DNA from: Solirubrobacteraceae bacterium
Lineage (GTDB): Bacteria > Actinomycetota > Thermoleophilia > Solirubrobacterales > Solirubrobacteraceae
Direction of reading: 5' to 3'
Length of the DNA stretch: 59,006 nucleotides
Assembly: GCA_034665165.1 (NCBI GenBank)
Contig: JAXDGF010000035.1
Span: 1 to 59,006, forward strand
Made by a program: the position numbers and the translations under genes. How positions within the stretch are numbered: the stretch's first letter is position 1; every line of letters starts with the position of its first letter. The notes below the pieces were generated by a model. It worked only from the letters and a program-made list of their open reading frames with translations, made no database searches and had not been told where the DNA came from. Below are positions 35,371-45,411 of the stretch, piece after piece.

Positions 35371-37938
35371 CTAGGCGCTTCGTCGGGGTTTTTCGCTGCT
35401 CAGGTATCGCCGTCCATCCTCGTACCTTTGAGAGTAGACCCTGAAGGCCGCCGAGCGCTCGAGCGCGGTGGGCGTGGCGCCCGCAATGGCCAGGGCCGGC
35501 AGATCCCGATCGAGGCTGACGAGCTCCAGCTCCGCGAGGACCCGGATGAGACGGCCGGCGAGCCGCGCCGGACGTCCATGCGGACCGTCTCCGCGAAGCA
35601 GGTGCTCGAGCTCGCCGCCGGCCGCCCTCCCCAGCTGCCTGAGGCTGCGATAGAGGGTGACGAGCGAAGCGCGGAGTCCGTACTCCAGCTCGTGCATCTG
35701 CTGCGCGAATCGTAGCTCAGCGTGGCCCCAGCTCAGGTGTACGTAGCCCGCGTTCGCCGACGCGCTCGCCGCGCACAAAGCTTGGTCGCCGCTCGCCGCC
35801 GACGGCGGGTCGAGGGCGACAACGTGCGTGAAGCGCCCCGCCAGCGCCGGGTCCCGTTGCAGAGCGTGGTAGGAGCACAGCGAAAAGCCCCCCGTGCGAG
35901 TGCTGAGGCCCTCGAGCCGGCGAGAGACGTCGGCGCACACGGCCAGAACCGCGCCACCCCCCGCCCGCGCGTCGGCGAGGACGGCTAGGACGCTCTCGCC
36001 ACGGCGGTCGAGGACCGCTCGGGTCCCGGCCCCGACTCGCGAGGGGTCCTCCCCATCTCCGCCCCCGGCCGACGTCGCGCCCCACGCCCCGCCCTCCAGC
36101 GGCCCGTCCACCTCGGACAGCGCCGCGGGCACGTAGTCAGACGGCTCGCCCAGGATCTCAATCGGGCCGCTTCTCGACTCCTGCGCCTGGCGGAGAATGA
36201 GCCGCGGCTCGACCGTGCCCTGCCACGTGCTCCGCTCCAGGCGGAAGGTCGCGTCGACGGGCACCCCGGACGGCACCGGCGGCGTACCGCCGCAGCCAAA
36301 GGCCACCGCTCGCGCCCGGCCTCCCGCGGACCGCACGGAAAAGCGCGCGTGCTTGCCCTCCCCCATCGCCCGGACGTCGTCGAAGCGGCCTCCGGGGACG
36401 AGGAGCCGCGCGGCCGGGTTCCCGGCGCCGCACGGCTCGAGCAGCGCCAGCTCCTCGGCCACCTCGAGGCCGAGCTGTGCTCCCGAGGCGATCGCGTCGA
36501 CGCGCTCGACGGGGACCAGCTGCTCGGGGGTCAGGGTTGCGGCGGCGTGCTCCTCGACCTGCGCCCGGAAGTCGTCCACGCGATCACGCTCGATGGTCAG
36601 CCCGGCGGCGGCGCGGTGGCCGCCGTAGCGGAGAAGCTCGCCCGACGCCGCATGCAGCGCCCCGAGCAGGTCGAAGCCGGGGATGCTCCGGCCCGATCCG
36701 GTCCCGGCGTCGCCCTCGAGCGCGATCAGGATCGCGGGCCGGTGATGGAGCTCGGCCACGCGCGAGGCGACGATTCCGATCACGCCCGGATGCCAGTCCT
36801 CGGCCGCGAGCACGTAGGCGGAGCGTTCCCCGAGCTCGGCCGCGAGGGCCTCCGCCTCCCACAGGATGCGCTGCTCGATCGCGCGCCGCTCGCCGTTCGC
36901 GCCGTCGAGCTCGGCCGCGATCTCCTCGGCCCGCGCCATGTCCTCGGTGAGGAGGAGCTCGAGCCCCGCGTCAGCGCGGCGGACTCGGCCTGCGGCGTTG
37001 ATCCTCGGCCCGAGCCGGAAGCCGAGCGCGCCCGCGTCGAGACCGCTCGGATCCACCCGCGCCACCGACATCAGCGCCCGCAGTCCCGGTTTCGCCGTGT
37101 TGGCGAGCGCCCGCAGGCCCTCGCGCACGAGCCGCCGGTTCTCTCCTCGCAAGGGGACGACGTCGGCGACGGTGGCGAGCGCCACGAGCTCGATGTCCTC
37201 ATCCGCCGTGGGCGCGCCGAGCGCTTGGGCGAGCTTGAAGGCGACCGCCGTGCCGCAGATGTCGGGGCACGGATATCCGCACACGCCCGGATGCACGATC
37301 GGGGCGTCGGGGAGGAGTCCGTCCGCGCGCGGGCTGTGGTGGTCGGTGACGACGACCTCGAGCCCGGCGGCGCGGGCACGCGCTACCTCCTCCACCGCGG
37401 TGATGGCGCAGTCGACGGTGATGAGGAGCCCCGCCCCGCGGGCGACCAGGCGCTCCACCGTCGCCATGGCCAGCCCGTAGCCGTCGTCGATGCGGCTCGG
37501 CAAGAACCAGCCCGCGTTCGCTCCGAGCGCACGCAGGGCGCGCACGAGGATCGCCGTCGCGCACACCCCGTCGACGTCGTAGTCGCCGTGGACGACGATC
37601 CGCGAACCAGCGCCGATGTGGCGCTCGATGGTGGCGACCGCATCGCCGATCCCCAGGAACGCGTTCGGGTCGTGGGACTCGTCGGCGGCCAGGAACGCCC
37701 GCGCGGCGGCCGGGTCTCCCAGCCCGCGGCGGACTAGGACTTGACCGAGCACATGGCCGACGCCGAGCGCGCGCTCGAGCGCGCGCGCCGCCTCGAAGTC
37801 GTAGGCAGGGATTTCGAGGCGGCGTGCCGGCGCCCGCCCCGCTTTCCGAGGCTCGGCCTCCGGCGCGGGGTCGGGCACCCGTGCCACCGGCGGCACCGTC
37901 GCCTCCACCGCGGACTGAGCACTTGCGAACTCGAGCAT
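35371..37938 (-). CDS. recJ: Single-stranded-DNA exonuclease RecJ with C-terminal extension
   Basis: HGDYDVDG, ITVDC, TDHH, TVADVVPL, PRINAAGR, GSGRS, GGHRAAAG. Start uncertain. Confidence 0.95.
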   Translation of the reverse strand: MLEFASAQSAVEATVPPVARVPDPAPEAEPRKAGRAPARRLEIPAYDFEAARALERALGVGHVLGQVLVRRGLGDPAAARAFLAADESHDPNAFLGIGDAVATIERHIGAGSRIVVHGDYDVDGVCATAILVRALRALGANAGWFLPSRIDDGYGLAMATVERLVARGAGLLITVDCAITAVEEVARARAAGLEVVVTDHHSPRADGLLPDAPIVHPGVCGYPCPDICGTAVAFKLAQALGAPTADEDIELVALATVADVVPLRGENRRLVREGLRALANTAKPGLRALMSVARVDPSGLDAGALGFRLGPRINAAGRVRRADAGLELLLTEDMARAEEIAAELDGANGERRAIEQRILWEAEALAAELGERSAYVLAAEDWHPGVIGIVASRVAELHHRPAILIALEGDAGTGSGRSIPGFDLLGALHAASGELLRYGGHRAAAGLTIERDRVDDFRAQVEEHAAATLTPEQLVPVERVDAIASGAQLGLEVAEELALLEPCGAGNPAARLLVPGGRFDDVRAMGEGKHARFSVRSAGGRARAVAFGCGGTPPVPSGVPVDATFRLERSTWQGTVEPRLILRQAQESRSGPIEILGEPSDYVPAALSEVDGPLEGGAWGATSAGGGDGEDPSRVGAGTRAVLDRRGESVLAVLADARAGGGAVLAVCADVSRRLEGLSTRTGGFSLCSYHALQRDPALAGRFTHVVALDPPSAASGDQALCAASASANAGYVHLSWGHAELRFAQQMHELEYGLRASLVTLYRSLRQLGRAAGGELEHLLRGDGPHGRPARLAGRLIRVLAELELVSLDRDLPALAIAGATPTALERSAAFRVYSQRYEDGRRYLSSEKPRRSA

Positions 37939-38053
37939 GGCGCCAGGGTAAGCGCGCGCGAGGACGGATCCGCTCGGATCGGCGCGCGGTGTCACAAACA
38001 AGGCACGCGGCAGGCCGAGCCTTGATCCTCACGGTCTCCTAACGCAGCCTGTA

Positions 38054-38091
38054 TTGACCTTCGGTCGACACCTGGATAGGGTCTATAGACC
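38054..38091 (+). promoter_or_regulatory. Sigma70-like promoter with a perfect 12-bp palindrome
   Basis: TTGACC(38054)-17 bp-TAGGGT(38077); GGTCTATAGACC at 38080-38091. Confidence 0.55.
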
Positions 38092-38112
38092 GTGGGTCAA
38101 CACACTGGTGAC

Positions 38113-38685
38113 ATGCGCTCCTCTCCAACAGCGACATTGATGCGAGTAGCCATTGCCGTACTCGCCGGCGTCGCCGACCTGGGGATTCAGCAACTAAGCC
38201 CGTCAAGAATCGAGCCGAGGCAGATCGTGCTGTTTCTGATCGTGAGCGTGCTCGCGGGGCTTGTCATCGCTCGCTGGTGGGCCACGACTGTGGCCGTCAC
38301 GTGCCTGCTCCTGACCGCCTCGGGGCCTGCTGGTGGAGAAGACGCCGGTGGCGCCGTCCAGGTGCTCGTCGGGGTTGAATTCGGAATAGCCCAAGCGCTG
38401 CTGATCGGCCTTGGCGTTGTGGTGACGAAGCTCGTCGCGACCGGGCGCGCCACCGCCAGGCCAAACGCGCACAAGGTCATGCGGTTCGATGAGTGGCGCT
38501 CGTCGACACCCGGGTCTGGTTCTGCCGGCAGTCGCTTACCTGCGCGCGTTGGCAGCCTGCCGTCGCTCAGCTACGAGCATAGGACGGGCGGCCGGGTCCG
38601 GCGAGTTCGCATGAACGTGACGGTACCCGCGGGCGAGGTGAACTTAGCTGTCGTGCGCGTGGTCAGCACGAGCGTTCCGTCCTGA
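38113..38685 (+). CDS. Hypothetical membrane protein (about 4 TM); 3' end overlaps the opposite-strand pseudogene
   Basis: Four hydrophobic segments in the first ~115 aa; the tail looks like read-through. Confidence 0.45.
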   Translation: MRSSPTATLMRVAIAVLAGVADLGIQQLSPSRIEPRQIVLFLIVSVLAGLVIARWWATTVAVTCLLLTASGPAGGEDAGGAVQVLVGVEFGIAQALLIGLGVVVTKLVATGRATARPNAHKVMRFDEWRSSTPGSGSAGSRLPARVGSLPSLSYEHRTGGRVRRVRMNVTVPAGEVNLAVVRVVSTSVPS

Positions 38686-38899
38686 AACGGGTTGCCCCAG
38701 CCCGGCGGAGGATTCCCGCTGCCATCGGACAACGGCCGGGCCGCGCGCCAGAACGTGCCCTCGATCCTGGCCCACTGAATCCGCAATGCGTGAAGAGGCG
38801 GTACGGCGCGCCTCGCTCCGCGCTGGTCGTGGGCGGCTGCGCCGGCGTCGCCCGCGCTCCGCAGCCTGCCGCCGCTAACGCCGACAGCAGCACCGACAT
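38571..38899 (-). pseudogene. Frameshifted actinobacterial lipoprotein
   Basis: Lipobox AAGC and YRLFTHCG in one frame; IQWARIEG..W...DGSGNPPPGWGNPFQDGTL in another. A 1-nt deletion near 38781 joins them. Confidence 0.7.
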
Positions 38900-39000
38900 G
38901 TGACGCACCGAGCGGCTCACGGAGGGATCGTCTCAAGACCCCCGCAGATACGCGTTTCGGGCGGCCGCGCGCAATCCAGCAGTTCCGGCCCGCGTGCGGA

Positions 39001-39052
39001 GCGAACTGCTGCGACTTGGTCCCGGAAAGCGCGACTAACCCGCAGCAGTTCG
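39001..39052. repeat. REP-like extended hairpin
   Basis: GCGAACTGCTGCG (39001-39013) and CGCAGCAGTTCGC (39040-39052) form a perfect 13-bp IR with inner TTGGTC/GACTAA pairing. Extra partial arm CAGCAGTTC at 38977. Confidence 0.8.
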
Positions 39053-39157
39053 CGGCCCCCCGCTCCCCGCTCCCCGCCCCCGGCAGGGCGGGTCGTGCTG
39101 GCCCGCCGGGACCGGCGGACCGTACGGCGCCGCTGACCCCGTCGAGCACCGAGGCTG

Positions 39158-39445
39158 CTACGTCAGGCCGACCTCGTCCGCGCCAGCCGCGCGCTCGCGG
39201 CGCGACCCCTCGAAGTAGATGAGCGCCATGCCGATGAGCGCCCCGGGGATGGCCTCCAGCGCCGTGGAGATGTGGGTCGCGTGCGTTCCGGGGATGTGGA
39301 AGCCGTTGACGGCCAACCCGAACAGGATCGCCCCGGCGAGGGCGCCGACGAAGGCGCCGACGATCCCGCCCCAGTAGCGGTCCGGGAGCCAGATCGTGAA
39401 GTGCCAGAGGGCGAGGCCCATCATCACCCAGGCGAGCAGGCCCAT
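39158..39445 (-). CDS. Small 3-TM membrane protein, translationally coupled to secDF
   Basis: 95 aa, Gly-rich TMs; ATG overlaps the secDF TAA. Confidence 0.75.
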   Translation of the reverse strand: MGLLAWVMMGLALWHFTIWLPDRYWGGIVGAFVGALAGAILFGLAVNGFHIPGTHATHISTALEAIPGALIGMALIYFEGSRRERAAGADEVGLT

Positions 39446-42400
39446 TAGCGGCGCCTCCCGTGCCGGCGGCTGCGAGAGGAGCCCGGCTTGCGCGGCTGGG
39501 GCTTGGGCTTGGGGACGTTCACCATGCCGTCGTTCTCGGCGACGTCGGGAGCCGGCGCCGGTGAGCCCGTCTCACGCGCGGCCGCGTCGCTCGCGGGCCG
39601 GGGCTCGTCAACGGCAGCCGGCTTAGGCTCGGGGGCCTTCGGCTGAGCCGGCGCCGGCTTGCGGCGCGACCCGCCGCCCCGCGACGCTCCGCCGTCCGGC
39701 GGGTCGGCGCTCGGCGTGTGCGCCAGTCGCTTCGTCAACGTGGAGGTCGAGCGCCCGCGGCGCTCCTCGATCTCGAGGTCGCGCTTCATCTGCTCGAACT
39801 CGGCCGCGGAGACTGTCTCGGGCTCGGGCTGGGTCAGGCGGCCGGTCCGGCGCGTGACCTTCGGCGTCGGGTCGACGTCCTGCTTGGAATCGGCGTACGC
39901 GGGCACCATCCCGTACTCCTTCTCGATCCGCCGGGTACGGTTGATGAAGCCGTGCTCGCGCTCCTTCCAGCGCGTGAGCACCGGCGAGGCGATGAAGATC
40001 GATGAGTACGCGCCGGATGCAACCCCGATCAGGAGGGCGAAGGCGAAGTCCTGGAGCGTCTGGTTGCCGCCGAAGATGAGCAGGGCGACGACGGGCATGA
40101 GGGTGCAGAAGGTCGTCGCCAGCGACCGGGTCAGCACCTCGGACATCGATCGGTTGACGATCTGCGAGAACGCAGCGCGCGGCATCCGCGGGATGTTCTC
40201 CCGCACACGGTCGAAGACAATGATCGTGTCGTACATGGAATAGCCCAAGATGGTCAGCAGCGCGGCCACCGTGTCGGTCGAGACCTGGCGCCCGGTGAGG
40301 GCGTAGACGCCCGCCGTGATCAGGAGGTCGTGCATCAGGGCGATGAGCACGGGGACGGCGAACTTCCACTCGAAGCGGAGGGCGATGTAGGCGGAGATGA
40401 CGAGCAGCGAGGCGATGATCGCCTCGATCGCGTTGTTGGCCACCGTCCGGCCGAAGGTCGGGCCGATCGAGGTCGAGTTCGGGGCTCCACGCAGGCCGAA
40501 GACCTGGGACAGCTTGGTGTCGACGGTCCCGACCTTGTTCTGGGGCAGCTGCTTGGTCGAGATCTGGAACACGTTGGGTCCGAGCGCTTTGTTGCTGACG
40601 CGCTGGACCTGAGCGTCCTTGACGCCGATCGAGCTCAGGGTCGACTGGATCTGCTTCTGGGTGGCGGGCTTCTGGAGGCTGGCGGCGATCCGCGTGCCCG
40701 AGGTGAAGTCGATCCCGAGGTTGAGCCCCTTGCCGCCGATGGCGAGGGCGCCGATCAAGAGGATGACCCCGGACATGGTGAAGAAGTACTTGGAGGCCCC
40801 CATGAAGTCGAAGCGCCACGTCCGCTTGGCCTTGCGCGCACCGATGGTCGCGCCCGAGGCGATGACGCGGGAATTGCCCATCGTCATTAGGATCGCCTGG
40901 GTCGCCATCACGGCCGTGAAGAGGGAGACCAGGGTGCCGACGCCGAGGGTGAAGGCGAAGCCCTGGACGTCCGAGGTCGCGAGCACGAAGAGGATGAAGG
41001 CGGTCAGGAGGGTGACCACGTTCGCGTCGATGATCGCCGTCAGGCCCTTCTTGTAGCCCTCGACGATGGCGGCCCGGATCGATCTCCCCGCCCGCGCCTC
41101 CTCTTTGACACGTTCGAAGATGACGATGTTGGCGTCGGCGGCCACTCCGATGGTGAGGATCAGGCCGGCGATGCCCGGCAGGGTCAGGGTGACCGGGATG
41201 AGCTTGAGCAGGGCGAAGAAGTAGATCGCGTACACGAGCAGGGCGCCGGTGGCGATCAGGCCGAGGACCCGGTAGAAGGAGATGAGGAAGATGACGATCA
41301 CGATCAGGCCCGCGAGCCCGGCGATCAGCCCCTGGTGGAGCGCCTGGCTCCCGAGCGTGGCCGACACCTGCGAGGAGGAGATCGGGCGCAGCGTGATGGG
41401 CAGGGCGCCGTCGGAGAGCAGGGTCGCGAGATCCTGGGCGCTCGTGCTCGTGAACCCGCCGGTGATGTCGGCCCCGTTGCTGCCGCTGATGCCGTCCGGA
41501 TACTGCTGGTAGTCGATCGAGGGGACGGTGATGAGCTTGCCGTCGAGCTCGACGGCGAAGTGCTGGACGTACTTCTGGCCCGGCGGGCTGCTCGTGAAGC
41601 CGCGCTTGGCGATCTGGTTCGTGACGTTGCCGAACTCGCTCTGGCCCTTCGAGGTGAAGTTGAACTGGACGTCGGGGTTGCCGGCCTGGTCGGTGCCCTC
41701 GGTCGGGTTGGTGATGTCGCCGCCCGAAAGCGCGACGTTGTCCTTGAGGACGAAGAACTGGGCCAGGGGCGAGGTGATCGGCGTCTGCTTGCTGGAGCTC
41801 GCGTCGGTGGCCTGGAGGACGACGTAGCCCTGGGGAACGGTGAGGAGCTGACCCTGGGGGAGCGTGACCCTGTTGCCGAAGCGAGTGACGAGGTCTTCCT
41901 GGATGAACTTGACGCTGCTCTCGGGACCGGCGAGGAGGCAGTGCTGGCCGATGATGGGCGTCCCGTGTTGTAGCTGCGCCGCGACCTGGCAGCCGGGACT
42001 CCCGGGCGCACCGAACAGGTAGTACGCCGGGCCCTGGTGGCTCTGGGTCGAGGTCGAGGGCGCGGCCGGCTGCTTGTGGGCGAGCGTGACCGCCTGGTAG
42101 AGCCCGACGCTCCCGGTGCCGGGGCTGCCGGGGGCGAGCCCGGTGTTGCCCTGGCTCGTGAGGACGGCGGTCGCGTCCTGGGTCTCAAGCTCGCTGGCGA
42201 CGGGTTTGCCGGCGTTGGGGCCGCTGGTGAGGAGGGCGTCGGCCTCCCAGTCGTAGAAGAAGAGCTGGGCGGTGGATCCGACCTGCTTCTGCGCCCGCTG
42301 GAGGTCAGAGATGTCCGGCAGGCTGACGGTGATCTGGTTGCCGCCCGTGGTCTGGATCTGCGGCTGGGTGACGCCGAGCTGGTCGACCCGGGTGCGCATG

Positions 42401-42594
42401 ATGTTGACCGCTTGGCCCAGCGTCGCCGGGGTGACCTTGCCCTGCTTGGTCGGCTCGCCCTGGAAGACGAGCTCGACGCCACCCTTCAGGTCGAGTCCGA
42501 GCACCGTCTTCTTGGTGGCGATGACCGCGATCGAGGCGGCGACGAGCCCGGCGACCAGGAGCAGGATGAAGCCGTTGCGCTGGCGGTCGGTCAT
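39445..42594 (-). CDS. secDF: Fused protein translocase subunit SecDF
   Basis: LGLDLKGG, RVDQLGV, GALP, IGVAADANIVIFERVKEE, LGIDFTSG, GYSMYDTIIVFDRVREN, SSIFIASP. Confidence 0.96.
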   Translation of the reverse strand: MTDRQRNGFILLLVAGLVAASIAVIATKKTVLGLDLKGGVELVFQGEPTKQGKVTPATLGQAVNIMRTRVDQLGVTQPQIQTTGGNQITVSLPDISDLQRAQKQVGSTAQLFFYDWEADALLTSGPNAGKPVASELETQDATAVLTSQGNTGLAPGSPGTGSVGLYQAVTLAHKQPAAPSTSTQSHQGPAYYLFGAPGSPGCQVAAQLQHGTPIIGQHCLLAGPESSVKFIQEDLVTRFGNRVTLPQGQLLTVPQGYVVLQATDASSSKQTPITSPLAQFFVLKDNVALSGGDITNPTEGTDQAGNPDVQFNFTSKGQSEFGNVTNQIAKRGFTSSPPGQKYVQHFAVELDGKLITVPSIDYQQYPDGISGSNGADITGGFTSTSAQDLATLLSDGALPITLRPISSSQVSATLGSQALHQGLIAGLAGLIVIVIFLISFYRVLGLIATGALLVYAIYFFALLKLIPVTLTLPGIAGLILTIGVAADANIVIFERVKEEARAGRSIRAAIVEGYKKGLTAIIDANVVTLLTAFILFVLATSDVQGFAFTLGVGTLVSLFTAVMATQAILMTMGNSRVIASGATIGARKAKRTWRFDFMGASKYFFTMSGVILLIGALAIGGKGLNLGIDFTSGTRIAASLQKPATQKQIQSTLSSIGVKDAQVQRVSNKALGPNVFQISTKQLPQNKVGTVDTKLSQVFGLRGAPNSTSIGPTFGRTVANNAIEAIIASLLVISAYIALRFEWKFAVPVLIALMHDLLITAGVYALTGRQVSTDTVAALLTILGYSMYDTIIVFDRVRENIPRMPRAAFSQIVNRSMSEVLTRSLATTFCTLMPVVALLIFGGNQTLQDFAFALLIGVASGAYSSIFIASPVLTRWKEREHGFINRTRRIEKEYGMVPAYADSKQDVDPTPKVTRRTGRLTQPEPETVSAAEFEQMKRDLEIEERRGRSTSTLTKRLAHTPSADPPDGGASRGGGSRRKPAPAQPKAPEPKPAAVDEPRPASDAAARETGSPAPAPDVAENDGMVNVPKPKPQPRKPGSSRSRRHGRRR

Positions 42595-42607
42595 TTCCTA
42601 CGAGTGT

Positions 42608-43078
42608 TCAGTGGTGATTGGTGGGCGTGAGCACGATGAGGAGGCCGCCGTTCTCGTCGTCGTAGGCGGGAAACAGGTCCGCGACGGCCTTGGCGCTGTG
42701 GTTGGTCGCCCCGTGGGCGTTGATCTCGACCGGCTTTCCCTGCACCCGGACCTCCCATTCGAGCGCCGTGCCCACATGGTCGGTCCCGTCCTCGAACTTC
42801 AGGCCGAGCACGTCGTGCACGGGCTGCCCGATGACCTGCTCGGTCTTCAGCCCCGTGAGCGCGAATGCACCCTTCCCGCACTCCAGCACCTTGCCGTCGG
42901 CGTCGAGGGCGAAGAAGGCGGCGTTCGGGGCCGGGTAGTAGTCGTCGAGGAGCTCGAACATGTAGCCAAAGCCGCATTTGTCGCAGCTCCGTGTCTCCCG
43001 GCCGAAGCCCGGGCTGCGCTCGGCGGCCATGAGCCGATGCCCGCAGTGGGGGCAGATGAAGTGGTACTCGTGCGGCAT
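42608..43078 (-). CDS. Zn-ribbon plus PAS domain protein
   Basis: CPHC...CDKC followed by FFALDADGKV...AFALTG....VIGQPV..VL PAS signature; no output domain. Confidence 0.8.
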   Translation of the reverse strand: MPHEYHFICPHCGHRLMAAERSPGFGRETRSCDKCGFGYMFELLDDYYPAPNAAFFALDADGKVLECGKGAFALTGLKTEQVIGQPVHDVLGLKFEDGTDHVGTALEWEVRVQGKPVEINAHGATNHSAKAVADLFPAYDDENGGLLIVLTPTNHH

Positions 43079-43171
43079 CGAGGTGAGGATAGACGGGTCG
43101 GGCGTAAGATCGGCTAAGGGTTCGAGTACCGGGCACGCGCCCGCCGCGCCCCCCGCGCCCGGCGAGCGGGC

Positions 43172-44194
43172 TCAGATGAGCGTGAGCGCGCCCGGCCCCT
43201 CGAGGCCCAGGTGCTCGTACGCGCGTCGCGTCGGCACCCGGCCCCGTGACGTGCGCTCGATCAGCCCGCACTGGAGCAGGTAGGGCTCGTACACGTCCTC
43301 GATCGTGTCGGACTCCTCGCCCACCGCGACCGCGAGGGTGGAAAGGCCCACAGGGCCGCCGCCGAACTTCTCGCACAGGGCGCGGAGGATCTCGCGGTCG
43401 AGGCGGTCGAGCCCGAGCGCGTCGACCTCGAGGAGATCGAGGGCATCGGCCGCCAGCGCCCCCGTGATCACGCCGTCGCCGCGGACCTCGGCGTAGTCGC
43501 GCACGCGCTTGAGGAGCCGGTTGGCGACCCGCGGCGTCCCGCGGCTGCGCTGGGCGATCGCGACCGCCCCGTCGTCCTCCACCGTGATCTCGAGCAGCCG
43601 CGCCGAGCGCCGGACGATGCGCGCGAGATCATCGGCCCCGTAGTGCTCGAGCCGGTGCTGGATCCCGAAGCGGTCGCGCAGGGGCGTGGTCAGCAGCCCC
43701 GTCCGCGTCGTCGCGCCGATGAGCGTGAAGGGCGGCAGATCGAGCGTGACTACGCGGGCCCCGGCGCCCTGACCCACCGTGATCGGCAGGCAGCCGTCCT
43801 CCATTGCCGGGTAGAAGGTCTCCTCCAGCGCCCGCGGGAGGCGGTGGATCTCGTCGACGAAGAACACCGCCCGCGGCTCGAGCGCGGTCAGGAAGGCGGC
43901 GATGTCGCCCTTGCGCTCGAGCGCCGGGCCCGCCGTCTGGACGAAGGGCACGTCGAGCTCGAGCGCCATGATCTGCGCGAGCGAGGTCTTGCCCAGGCCG
44001 GGCGGGCCGGCGAGCAGGACATGGTCGAGGGCTTCCCCGCGCGACGACGCCGCCGCGATCGAGACCGCGAGCTGGTCCTTGAGCCGCTCCTGCCCGACGA
44101 AGTCCTCGAGCCGGCGTGGGCGCAGCGAGCGCTCGAGCTCGTCCTCGCCCGAGAGCGCCTGCGGGGTCTGGATGCGCGGGCCCGCCGCGCTCAT
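43172..44194 (-). CDS. ruvB: Holliday junction branch migration helicase RuvB
   Basis: [40 protein letters not shown]. Confidence 0.98.
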   Translation of the reverse strand: MSAAGPRIQTPQALSGEDELERSLRPRRLEDFVGQERLKDQLAVSIAAASSRGEALDHVLLAGPPGLGKTSLAQIMALELDVPFVQTAGPALERKGDIAAFLTALEPRAVFFVDEIHRLPRALEETFYPAMEDGCLPITVGQGAGARVVTLDLPPFTLIGATTRTGLLTTPLRDRFGIQHRLEHYGADDLARIVRRSARLLEITVEDDGAVAIAQRSRGTPRVANRLLKRVRDYAEVRGDGVITGALAADALDLLEVDALGLDRLDREILRALCEKFGGGPVGLSTLAVAVGEESDTIEDVYEPYLLQCGLIERTSRGRVPTRRAYEHLGLEGPGALTLI

Positions 44195-44772
44195 CGGCGG
44201 GCCGTCCTGAGGGCGTGGGCGATCAGGTCCTCGGCGCGATCACCGGGGGCGCCGTCGAGGAGCTCGTCGGCCTCGGCCGGGCCGAAGCCGAGGCCGAGCA
44301 GGCCCTCGCGCGCGATCGTCCGCGGATCCTCGGCGCGGCGGACCGATATCGCCCCGACCTCGGGAACGGCGACGCCGACCTTCTCGCGAAGCTCGACGAT
44401 GATGCGCTCCGCCGTCCGCTTGCCGATCCCGGGCACGGCCTGGAAGCGCGCGGCGTCGCCGGCGGCAAGAGCGGCGAAGAGATCGCGCGGGGCGCCGGCG
44501 GAGAGCACGGCAAGCGCGACCTTCGGCCCGACCGACTGGACCCCGAGCAGGAGGAGGAAGAGCTCCCGCTCCTCCTCGGTCGCGAATCCGTAGAGGGCGA
44601 GCGCGTCGTCGCGGACGACGAGATGCGTATGGAGCATGGTCTCGTTCCCGATCGCGGGCACGTGGCGCAGTGTCTCGCTCGAGACCGCGAGGCGGTAGCC
44701 GACGCCGCCACACTCGATGACGACGTGATCGGACCGGCGGACGGCCACGCGCCCCGAGACGAGCGCGATCAT
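44191..44772 (-). CDS. ruvA: Holliday junction branch migration protein RuvA
   Basis: [37 protein letters not shown]. Confidence 0.96.
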   Translation of the reverse strand: MIALVSGRVAVRRSDHVVIECGGVGYRLAVSSETLRHVPAIGNETMLHTHLVVRDDALALYGFATEEERELFLLLLGVQSVGPKVALAVLSAGAPRDLFAALAAGDAARFQAVPGIGKRTAERIIVELREKVGVAVPEVGAISVRRAEDPRTIAREGLLGLGFGPAEADELLDGAPGDRAEDLIAHALRTARR

Positions 44773-45275
44773 CGCGACGCCACCGCCTGGTGGAACGGCG
44801 CGCGGTTCGCGTCGCAGATCGCCACCGCGAGCGCGTCCGCGGCGTGATCGGGCTGGGGCGCCTCGGGCAGGCCGAGCAGGCGTCCGACCATGCGCTGGAC
44901 TTGGTCCTTGGGCGCCCGGCCGTTCCCGCACACGGCGCCCTTGACCTGCTGGGGCGTGTACGAGCGGCACGGGACGCCGCGCATCCCGGCCGCAAGGAGG
45001 ACGACGCCGCGAGCCTGGCCGACGGCGAAGGCGGTGCGGACGTTGGCCCCGAAGTAGAGCTGCTCGATCGCGAGCGCGTCGGGCGTGTGCTCGTCGAGCA
45101 CCTCCCCGATACGGGCGTGGATGAGGGCCAGCCGCCGCTCGAGTGCGAGCCCGGGAGCGGTTTCGATGACGCCGCCATCGAGCGCGCGCAGGCGCGAGCC
45201 GATGCTCTCCACCACGCCGTAGCCGGTGCTGGCGGTACCGGGGTCGATGCCGAGGACGATCATCCTCTTCGACAT
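44769..45275 (-). CDS. ruvC: Crossover junction endodeoxyribonuclease RuvC
   Basis: [39 protein letters not shown]. Confidence 0.97.
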   Translation of the reverse strand: MSKRMIVLGIDPGTASTGYGVVESIGSRLRALDGGVIETAPGLALERRLALIHARIGEVLDEHTPDALAIEQLYFGANVRTAFAVGQARGVVLLAAGMRGVPCRSYTPQQVKGAVCGNGRAPKDQVQRMVGRLLGLPEAPQPDHAADALAVAICDANRAPFHQAVASR

Positions 45276-45411
45276 TCTGCGTCGGCGCCCGGACGCCTTC
45301 CGCCGGTAAGGGTTCGCGCAGAGCCCTTATCGCCCCCGTGCCGGCCAAAGGTGCCCAGAATGGGCGCGCTTGCCTCCAGCCAGGGCGCGGATGTGCCGAT
45401 ACCCGGGATGA

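Noticed and set aside
43100-43145. tRNA-like GGTTCGAGT T-loop word
   Set aside because: No pairing T stem, D-arm or anticodon arm around it.
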